The notes under the pieces are model-generated. The model had not been told where the DNA came from and ran no database searches. It was given only the letters and a program-made list of their open reading frames with translations. This document shows, piece by piece, positions 40,072 through 51,700 of a stretch of 64,000 bases of DNA. Every line of letters begins with the position of its first letter. The first letter of the stretch is position 1. Made by a program: the position numbers and the translations under genes. The DNA is from Chrysomallon squamiferum. Lineage: Eukaryota > Animalia > Mollusca. The stretch covers positions 6,572,001 to 6,636,000 of the forward strand of contig CM022670.1 of the NCBI GenBank assembly GCA_012295275.1, written 5' to 3'.

Positions 40072-40256
40072 CACACACACTACTAATCAATATGAACGAT
40101 GTGCAAGTAATAAATTAATTAAATATGATGCGGAAGTCATCCACGTTCAGAACCATGCAACATTTCTAAACCTTCAAACATGAAATAAATTTACCACCTG
40201 GTTGAAGTGAGTCTCTTATTATCTTGGAGGCCTTGCTGTGGCGTGGTGGTAGTCAT
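38314..40256 (-). CDS. JPT: Jupiter microtubule-associated homolog (HN1/HN1L family), 4 exons, 169 aa
   Basis: Exons 40256-40198, 39312-39146, 39024-38963 and 38535-38314 have consistent phases (510 nt). MTTTT N-terminus, RVLRPPGGESSDIFG motif, NPITGE motif and C-terminal SSRVLNPPGG, which are Jupiter/HN1 hallmarks. Candidate poly(A) signal at 36566-36561. Confidence 0.92.
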
Positions 40257-42796
40257 GTTTAGTCGGATGGAATGAAAACTTAAACTATTCAGAAAGGTTT
40301 GGTCAGTTTCAGCTCTGTATCTGTTTGGTATCCAACGACACCTGCGCAAACCAGTCGGGAAAAAATCACAGTGCACGTACTTTTTAAATTTCACACCCAC
40401 CTCCGGTGACGTAACACCATTCCAATAATTGTACAGTATATTCTATAAAACCAGTTTTGTTTTACAGATCGTTGATGTCAAACTGATCCTTATTACATTT
40501 GCATTTTTGCCTCCGTTTTAATAAAATGTTGTTGTTGTTTGTTTTGTTTTTTTTTTTTTTGTTGTTGTTTTTTTCATGCTTGTATGCGATTTAAAACTGA
40601 TAAGTTATTAACTATTTTGAATACATTTAATTATATATATATAATTTACCTTTATACACATACGCACAGAGATATATCGAATACATAAAAAAGGTTTAAT
40701 AATAAAAAAGAAAAAGAATTTAAAAAAAAATTAAATGTATTGAAAATAGTTACAGATGTATATAAGAAAGCTGTGATCTACTCTTTCCTGAAAACACATT
40801 TAAAACACCTTCATCCTAATTATTAACTTTTCTCTCTCAAAGAACCATTACAGAAAAATGTGACAGTTGCTAATATTAAAAGTGTCGTTAAGAAATTATC
40901 CATATGAATATAAAGCATAATGTTAAAAATGTATATATACATATTAAATTGCAACGGGTATGCAAGTAAGAACGACATTTTTTTTATAGTTTATACAAAT
41001 TGTGTAATGGTTTATTTAATATTTGTATTTCCAAGCCTTGATGGTGATAATGTTAATGATACAGCTATTTATATTGTTGTCTTTGTTATTATTGTTGTTG
41101 TTGTTATTCTCCTTCTTTCTCTCCTTCTTCGTCTTCTTATTTAACACAAAAAGTTCAACAGAAGACGAATTTGCAAGTTACTAAATGTACACTAGCAGAT
41201 TAGGGAACAGAATCAAATAATTATAAGACAGAAATAACCAATGAAAATTGCGGTGCGCTTTGAATCTCAATATATATTGTTTTTACTTTTATCTACTTCA
41301 GAACATTTCGAATATTTTTAAAGCATGAATGTTGGAGATAATTATATATTTTATCAAAATCAATCAAATAATTACCTTTTATTTAATATGTTTACAAGTA
41401 GGCGGGGACAATAGGGTATTTTCCATTCACGTGATTAACATTGACCAATCATCAAAAAGGATTCCCCTTTCTAATTCCCGCCATGTAGATTGTCAATATT
41501 CACGTCCGTGGTTTGACAGATGCTGCTACCATAATACAGTATTAAAAATATACTTCTGTTTTTTTTTTTGAATTTATTAATATGCCAGTTTAAAGTCTGA
41601 TTGAAAAGCTTACTGTTTTTATAATTATTTCTCAATATTTTTGTTTTAAAGAAATCTACTTACAGTCTTTTGAAAATAATGGGCTCAGTTGAGTAACAGC
41701 TTCCGTACCTTCGTTCTTATAATGTAATTATTTCAATTTAATATTATTTTGTAAAAGCTGAAATTTAGTATTCATTTAAAAATGAATTAAGTAGACATAT
41801 ATAATCTGTTTAACAAAGTTTTCTATACTGATCAGATCTGAGTTAATAATTGTTAATTATTACTTTCAATCGACCAGGCCTATATTGAATCAAATAAGAT
41901 TGTTCAGTGTTTAATTGCTTAATGTAGACCTTACACACTCTTGGCCCATATAATTATACTGAATTATTTATTTATTGATAAAATAAAATATGTTTAATAA
42001 AAGGTGCTCACATTTTTAAAATTTAATTTGATTATTTAGATGTTCAATATTGCCTTGTCATGTTTTTTTTTTTATATGTCCATCTAAAGTAAATCTTAAA
42101 ATATTTCATGTTTTTGCTATAATTTTAATGATTATTTATTTAATTATTAAATTAAGGTATAAAGTTAATATTATATATCAAAACACTCAAAATAAATTCA
42201 TATTAATCTGTAAATTAAAAAAGCTAGATGAATTTAAAATAATTAAGCTATTAACATAAATGCGTCATTTAAAAATTGTAATAAAATTAAAACGTATTTA
42301 TGTTAGTTTGTTTCATTAAAACTCTCTTTTTTTGGCATCGTGGCATACATACATATATTATCTTTGATTAATATTTGTCATCACAAATTAATAAATCATT
42401 TTAGGCAAGATAAAATGATGAAAAAAATTAACCTTTTTTTTTTTCTTTTGAGAAGCCAAAAAATTGTAAATGGGTCAGACACGTTATTTCAAGGTTTTAA
42501 AAACAAATACATGCATTTTAATTATATCAAAAGCAGAATTATTTTATTTTATGTTCGGAAATTCATTTAAGCAATCCATATGTTGCATATATATATTTTT
42601 GCTATGGAAATAAATGCTTGTGATTTTTATTTTATTAATCTTGCGAACACAAAGTTTGTGACGTGATCCTGGTTCAATAGAGCAACCGACGATGAAACGG
42701 AAGAACACTGCTATTCTTCTACTGCGGGAATAGATGCATACGATCTTCATAACAATGTTATTATTATATATAATATAATCATTTAGTGAAATCTGC
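40257..42796. promoter_or_regulatory. Divergent (head-to-head) promoter interval between JPT and CRAMP1
   Basis: CpG-containing clusters at about 40330-40430 (TGACGTAA, CCAAT) and 41400-41485 (GGCGGG 41401, TCACGTGA 41427, CCAAT 41445, E2F-like TTCCCGCC 41475). Confidence 0.55.
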
Positions 42797-45700
42797 ATGC
42801 CTCCATCGAAACGGCGAAAAGTTTTGCAGGATGAAAATGCCGCACTGGAGGAAACTGGGTGTCGGTAATGTGAATTGTTTATTGCGGAAAAGAACCGCCA
42901 TCTTGTGCTTATTTTGTACAAAATACTTTAGGTTTTTGCCTGTATTCTCAAGTCACTGTGGCTTAGTTTTATTATTTATCTTGAAATAACAGATATAATA
43001 TAATTAGAAGAAACTAGCAATGATCTGATTATATGTCTTGATGATTTGTTTAAAGCGCAAATACTGATTGTATTCCACAACTAAAATGGGGCGGCCATGT
43101 TGAATTTTTCTTTTTAGCAACATGCAAACGTTTAATTATATTTACAGTAATTGACATTTCTATAGAGAATAACTATTGGAAGTAATATTTAGTTCTACCA
43201 TTTTTTGATGTGTATGGCAGATGTTGCTGCAATCTACGAACATAAATTATTTTTAAAATGTTGATACAGATAAGCAGTTGTTACTTTACAGATTACACAG
43301 CAGAGGAGCAGTAAACAAAAGCCTTTGATACTGTCATGTTGAGCATATTATAACTAATGTATAATGTGCGGCACATTATTGAAGTGGTGTATTATTTTTT
43401 CAAACTGAACATCAACACAATTGCAAGATTATTATTTTATTTGTTTTAATTAGATGACAAAACAGAAAAAGATAAATCATAATCATGACAGTGCCATAGA
43501 AGACTTTTTTCTGAGGCTGATAAAAATTGATATTTCTTTTATAAAAATGTAAAACCTGTTTAGATATTACAATGATAAAAAACTGTCACATTAATTAACT
43601 GGGTTTTTAAATTGTTATATTATGTTTTTAAAATATTCTTTTCATACAACAGGTACCAGATAATTGATCTGTCAGCTTGTGACTGGAGATGATCTGGATT
43701 TCTAGATTTTCTGGTTTTCTAGACCATGGCTTAATATATATATATATATATATTTACAACACAAAATAAACAAACAAAAGTAAATAGTTGCAGATTAATA
43801 CAGTTCTAAATCAGTGTCTAGAAGTCAGTTGAGTAGTTGGGTACCTGTGTTTCTATTATTACCTAGTAACCAGTGGATGCTTGTAAAAGCAGTAGTAGAC
43901 AAACTGTGAAATTCAGCTTTATTAATCTATGTAGCTAACAGATAACAAATCCATTGTTTAGTTATATACTTTTTTTTTTTTTCAATCTGAAATTAAAATA
44001 TTTATTGATTTTTTTTTAGGGTAACGTCGAGTGTTACAACAAGCTCTGAGAGGAGCTTGAAGTCGAATGGAGATGAACCTGTCAACGCTGTCACAGACAG
44101 ACATACAGACAGCACACCAAAACAACTTGATGGTATTTGTGAGCCAAACAGCAGCACACAGGAAGATCAGGAGATTGACAGAGATGCTGTTGTTGAAAAT
44201 GAAGCTGACACAACAGTTATTCTGGATGATGTTGATGATGGGGTTGTGGAAGGGAAATCTTTGGCATCCTCATGTCAGGTAGATAAGAGAAAGCGCCATG
44301 CATCAAAACAAGACTCTCATTCTCCAACAGAACCTCTGAAGATCTTGACCACAACTGGAACTGCAAAACGGTCAAGTACAAGAATTGTCAAAAAACAAGG
44401 AGAGATTTCAGTCCTCCACTTTCTCCTGTTAAGAAAGTTACACCTTCAGGTAATATTTTAAAATGTCAGAGAAATTGTAAGTTAGAAATACACAGTTTTG
44501 TTACCGACTTTTCCTTCTGATTATAGTTAGTGAGAATTTCCTTATTAACATAGTAACATAGATTGTACTGCATTGGCAAGCCTAGGATCCTGGCATATCT
44601 TCTCAGTGCAGGTTAATTTAGTATGAATTTAAAATTTTTTTTATAAGTGCGCATAAAACCCCAAATAATTACAATTTATTAATTTGATAAATATTTACCT
44701 GACAATTAACAAAATGATGCATTTTCGGTTTTATTAGTAGATTTATTGGTGTGTGACAGAGTATTGATTTTTTTGTTCTGGGTTTGTAATAAACTAAGTA
44801 ATAGATAATTTATTCAGTTCCCCTGGGTTACGGTGAATGTACTGATGTAATTATTTTATCTAGAAATATTTGAGAGAAATAATATTTATTTTCTTTTCAT
44901 GTTCTTTCCCAAACAGTCCAATAATAAAATAATTTTTTTTGCAATTAATTTGTGAAAAAACAACAACATAATTAGTAGAAAATATTAAAACAATTACATA
45001 ATTAACAAATTTTAAACTTAGTTTTTTATTATTTTTCAGGTGATGGGAAAAGTTCAACTCCAGAAACTAAAACAAAACGAAACTGGGATCTGTGGACCGA
45101 CTATGATAAAAAGAATTTCTTTGAAGGTGTTGCAGAGGTTTGTATAAGGAATTTGTTTTAATTTAAAAAAAATATAATAATATTTTATTGTATAACATCA
45201 GAATGCATACAATGAAGTTGTCAGTTATTTGTTGATAAATGTTTTAAACTTTCAGTTTTCAGATATTTCTTCAGATAAGTGATATATATTTTATCAAATT
45301 GATTTATTAATTTTTTAATAAACTTTTTTCATGACACTTAGTTGAGAGAAATTACAGTATCATTTTCAGTATTACTTGCACTGCTAACAACAAAATTTAA
45401 TCTGATGGTATTTTTTTGTTCAGCATGGCAAGGATTTTGAAGCGATATGTCACATGATGCAGATGAAATGCAAGAAAAGGGGAATAACTGGAACAGCCAT
45501 AAAAAACAAAGATCAAGTTCGTTTCTTCTACTACCGAACATGGAACAAAATATCTAAATTTATCAGTGTGCAAGGAGGTACGAACAGTTGAAAATTAATA
45601 ATGGTTTTAAAAATATATCACAGTTCAAAGAGATAAAAAAAACAATTAAATTCTGTAAGGGTATTTGAAAAGGATTTACTAAATCTGCAAATGTTTAAGA

Positions 45701-48700
45701 TTACTGAAGTGGTGTTAATTAAAAATTAAAAATAGAAACTAAATAAAATATAATAATAAAACTAAATTTTTCTTATTTTTCAGATGTAAGAAAAGAAATT
45801 ATCGAACTCTATGGACTTATTAATTATGGTCTGCTGAGGGATACAGTTAAACTGAAACGTAAGTCTGACTGATGTAATGATAACTAAGATTTACATACCA
45901 AGTTAAAAATTATTCATTGTAATATTATCATGTTTTAATCATACAGATTAAAGTAACTGTTAATCAGCTGAAGTATTAGTATGAATATTTACATCACATT
46001 TTGCGATTATTATTTTTTAATGATACATGTTTTAGTAAATAAAGGATAGGCTTACATCAGATGTAAGTAAGAAAAGAACAGCCAAGTCTGTTAAAGCTGA
46101 TAATGATGGAACACTTTTATTTCTTTGTAAGACTTGGTGATTATTATTTGTATGTAACTGAGTTAATCTGCGTTACAGGCTTAACAAAATAAAGGAATGT
46201 TTAAATATGTGAGAGGATTATGTAACTGTATTAAGAGATTAGGGAGGCTGATTACATTAAGGGATTAACAGATTAATGTTTTGTGTGTTTTTAGGTTTGA
46301 ATGCAAAAACAGCTTTGAAACTTAATGAATTGATTGAAAATGGGTAAGCAAAGAAATTATTTATGATTAGCAGTTTTATTTTTTAATTGATTTATTTTTG
46401 TTACTGATTCTCAGTTTTGTATGTGACAAATATAATGTGAATAAAATGAATATGTTAAGTTTGTAATTACAATTTATAAAATTAAAAAACGTTAACCATT
46501 TGCCACTGATTAATATGTTAAAAACAAATAATTTTATCTTGAGATAAAAGGTATATTATTTAAAATTAAGTTATTTATGTGCATATCTGGTCAATAAATT
46601 TTTCTGTGTCAGTTTCCTTAATAGTTTGTTCACTGAAAAGATTCACTGAAAATAAAAATTAATAATTAAAATAAAAAGCCTAATAACCATCTTTGTTACC
46701 TAATTATGGATGACATATGACATAACTTCACAGATGTAATTGAAATTTTCAAAACAAATTAATATATAATTATTTTTTCTCCATTTCTGTAGTTCGACCA
46801 CAATCAGAATAAAAGGGAAAAACCGAAAGTAAGTTTTATTTCCTAATTTTTACCAAATCATCATTTAATTCTTCACTGTGATAATTCTGTAGTTTGATGT
46901 GTGTGTTCTTTCCAATTATTATTACTGATTATCTGTTGGAAACATTTACAAAGTTAAAAAATAAGTGTTCTGTTAAAGGAGACTTTGCACTGATATCTTC
47001 AAAAAGCAGCAAATAAAACATTTCATGATGATGTTTTTTTTCCTGTTTTCAGAATACGAACTCCTGCTTGTCCAGCATTGAAAAAAATCCACAACCAACA
47101 AGGTAAGGAAACTTTAAAAACAAAAAATAAAACAATCCACACTTTTAAAATTTTTTATTAATACGTATCAAAATGAACAAAGGAGTGTTTCATTCAATAA
47201 ATACTAATTAAAAATGCTTCTTTTTTTAAAATTTGTTTTATTAGCTTGTACTAATTCCATTTTTTTTTTTTTTTTTTTTTAATTTATAAATTTTAAAAAT
47301 ATTAAAACCCAGATGATGCTTCAGTTTCATTTACAAATCCGTAAAAAAAATTATTATCGTTGTTGCAAAAAGAAGCAAATAAGAAAAGACTGCATCATAA
47401 CATACATAATGAAATGAATCGATTATTATTTATTAAAATAAATATGTGTATTCCAGATATGAAGGAGGAGCCGATTGGAGTGCGTGTTCCAAACAAGGTG
47501 GTGTTGGAGTTGGTGCCGAGGACTAACACAGCGTGGTCGTGTGTTCAGTCTCTCGCTCAGAACCCACGACTCAAAATGAGCCTGTCCTCCACCCGTACAC
47601 TGAGTTCTGTGATTGAGTTCATCAGAAAGAAGTGGAAACCTCATCGCATTAAAATTGTATCCTTTTAACATACTGGCATGAAACGTTGGTAGATCAAACC
47701 TTCTTGGTGGACGTAATTATGTGTTATATTCTACTTGCTATTTTAAAATATTTCAAACAGCTAACTCAGAAAACTTATGAACACAAGACAGGTTGTTTGA
47801 CTTGCATTTCTTTACTTCTTTAAAAAAAAATTACAAGATAATTTGTTATTTGCATGGGAAAATATTTTATTTTACAGATAAGTGATATATAACAAAGTAT
47901 AGTGATTGTTTTTTTATGGCAGTGACCAGTCGTAAAATATTAAAATAAGTTAACTAAGGAACATGATCTCAGCCATTTTCCCTTCTTTGTCATCTACATA
48001 TGATATCAAAACTTCATTTCCCTTGACAACAACCTAGAAAGAAGACATGGATGCACTTGAGGTTGAGAAGGAGTTAAAACTGTATCCTCAGAACACGAAG
48101 GCTGTTCCAGTGTTGTTCTCACCGCACTCTGTTCCTCGAGTTGACATCACATTTGCTAACTTCAGAGAGAAAGTCTTAGGTTAGTTTTCCTTCATGTTCA
48201 ACATTGTGTAGCATTTATGTTTCATACATCTGGTTCCATATCGAAAATTGTTTGTCCTTGATTCAGATCTTGTTTTCTTTGTCAGGTTTCAGCTTACTTT
48301 TGATTGTATAGGTATTTAAATATTTTAAATCAGTTTCATGTATTTGTATCAGCTGTTAAGATAAATGATTTAATATCAACTCTGTGTTTGTATAAATCAT
48401 ATAGAAATATTTAAATAATTTATTGTGTATATTCAGAAGGATTAAATGTAATCAAGTATTCTGTTTTATTCTATTACATCAAAAGTTTAAAACATTTTTT
48501 TATTATTATTATCATTTTTATTATTACTACTACTATTTTATTTTTGTTATTATTTTCAGCATCACCAACATCAGCTTCTAACAAATGCAAGAAGTCACAA
48601 GAAAACCAAACTAACAAAACTAACAGTGACAATTCCTCTGAATCGGAACTTCCCGTTCCGACAAACGTCTCTCCTAAGAGTTCCAGACAGTGCAAAGATA

Positions 48701-51700
48701 AGAGTGTGTCAGAGAAAACTGACAGTGTGCAGATTAAAGAAAACTGTCCAATGACTGCCTTCTTGCAGGACGACAACGCAATGTTTCCTGATGCTCCACT
48801 TTCCAGTCTAGTGAATGCATCTAAATCCGAAGCTGACAGGATAAAACTGGAAGGGAATGAAGTGGCAGAATGCGATGTTCAGTCTAATAAAGAAGGTAAT
48901 AATGAAAATGTAGAAGACAGTGGGAAGAAAAGCTCAAAAGACAGATCTGTGAACAAAAACTCAAATGAAAGTTGTGGTGGTAAAAAGAACTCGAAAGAAG
49001 ATGCTGGTGACAAGAGATTGAATGATGATACGGGTAAGAAGAAAAATAAGGAAGGTGAAAAGAGCATTAATGAAGATGATGTTAAAGATGAGAATGATGA
49101 GACAAAAAAAGATAAAAATGGTGATAATGTTGATAAAGATGTTGATGGTAATAAGACTGACAGAGTTGACGAAGAAAAGATTGATGAGGTGATGACGGAC
49201 AGTAAAGCTCAGAAGAGTAAAAGTGAACACTTGATTCGCATGGCCTCCGAAGGTTTCACATGTAAAAATTCTAAGAATGTGACTCTTGCTGAGGTGCTTC
49301 TGGTGTTTGGAACGCTGCCAAGTAGTCGCATAAAGTTGGAGTATGAGTGGTGTGAAAATGTCAACGTTGAAGTTCAGATGTCTCAGCTGGCAAACATGCT
49401 GCGACGACTGTCACACCTCGCAACCATGGAGTTCTGTGAGGTCTCCAGATCAAAATCAGTGAGTTGTAACACCATTTTCACCTTCTCAAACAAAAAAGAT
49501 TAGATTTTTTTTCACAACTCTATGACTTTTTGATGATGCAGGTTGGTTTGAGTTAAAAGATAAAAAAAAGTCAGATGCTAATGAAACTTCATTTGTTCTT
49601 TATTTCATTTTTTTTTTTTTTTTTTCTTGATGATATATGTAGGGTTCAGCAGAAATATCAAAATGTCAAAACACTTCATTTTATTATTTATTTTCCTTTG
49701 ATGATGCATGCTGGCATGATTTTATTTGTTTATTATTTTATCATCCTTTTATTTTTATTTGTTAACCAAAAGCTTTGGTAATGAATTTTTGCAAGCAGAT
49801 TTTGTGGATCAGTTTTCTTGTCACGTGCTTTATCAAATTAAAAGCCTTACGAAACTGTTTTCTGATAGATTCAGAATGTATTTCATATTGTCTGCATAAT
49901 AAATAATTCCTTACAGAATGCTCAGGCTAAAGAAAAAACGTGTTCCCTCTGCGGTGTGATCAGACGTAAAACACAGAATCAACAGACGCAGACAGTAAAC
50001 ACAACCAAAAATAGACAGCTCAAGCAGGAACAGGAAGCAGCTTCCATGGAAACACCAGAGAATGTTCCAGCTGTGGTCAAGTTGCCGCCTGGAGTAGGCA
50101 GACTTCTTGCACCAAATCCTAAACAGGTTCTAGCATTGTCCTTTATTTACATTTAAAACAGAATGTCAGTTTTCTTCATTATCAAATACACAATCATTTT
50201 TCATTTAAAAAAAAAAAAAAAAAAATGTTTTTTTTAAATTTAAAATCCTTGTTTATTTTTAATTTCAAATACACAGTAATTTATCTTTATTATAGAATAC
50301 TGTCATTTATCTTTATTATATAAATATTTTTTTCTCTACAAAATGTATAATTGTTTTGAGTTAATGTAATAGTTTTCTTCATTTTAAAATACACTGTTAA
50401 AACGAATGTTTAATTTGAATTTTGTTCCAAATTTGCTAAAGCAAAAACAGAATCTGTGTCTGTTTAACAGATAACATTACTAGATACATTTGTTACTCTA
50501 TCAGGTAAGCACATCATCATCTGATAGTGTGTTTCGGGTGCCACTGGGAATTCCACTGATGAGGTATCCAGCTACTGGTCAAAACATGTCTGTCAACATC
50601 AGTCAGGTGATGAACTCCTTGAACCCAAAGGTAACAGTATTTTGCTTAAATGTGATATGTCAGACTAAATTTGCTCTTTCAACAGACGTTTTTATTGTGA
50701 TAGCTAATATCTTCAGTCACAGATATTTAAAAATATTTTTCTTTCAACAGTCCAATATTTGATAGTAAATATTTTAAATCTCAGACATTTAAAAGTGTTT
50801 TTCCATGCAGCAGTACAATATTTTAAATCTCAGACATTTAAAAAAGTGTTTTTCATTCAGCAATCCAATGTGTTGATGCCGAGAAATCGTCGACGGCCTT
50901 TAAAACGACAGGTGATAGTTCAGCGAACTCTGCTTCCGAAAGTTCCAACAGGAGGGATTTATGAAGTTCTTCCAGCTAACCCTGCCAGTCAGGAAGCTGT
51001 ACAGGCCAACCAGAACAGTACCTTACTGCAACAACCATACTCCATCAATACATGTACACTGGGCACTGGGCAGCAGCAGGCTGGACACACACTGACCACT
51101 CAGTCTCCAATCACCATCGTGTCTAGTGAGCAACAGTTTGAACATTTTGTTGTTCTGATTTGTGTGAAGAAATGTTTAATTAATTGCTATTGTCATCAAA
51201 TATTTTAGAGGCAAAGGTTTATTAAGTAGACTAACTGAGTAAATGAACATTTGTTTAACACATTTTTATATTAGGCATTATTATTTTTATTTTTTTTTAT
51301 TTTTATTTTTTTTGTGCCTAGTAGTATATCTTAGATTAAATATGATAATTATCATGTTATTTTTAAAAATTATAACAAAAATTTCTACTTTTGTTTCAGA
51401 TTTTAATGATACAAGTACAGTCGACCATGTAACTGCAGCATCTTTATCTCAACCATTAACTGTTGGTGAGTTGACAAGCTTATTTTAGTGACATACATAA
51501 AACACATTTACTCTTTCTATTCTTATTTCTAATCAGTGTTAGCTTGTTAGGTTATTGTTTGTTGACATCACAGTCATCTGTCAGTTTTGTGTGTAAAGTA
51601 TATTTTAAAAAATTGCAGATTGTGTATTTGGTGTGGTTCAATCGTTACCTGTAATTTTAATGATATTGTGCTGTACAAAATTGTATATCAGTATTAAAGC

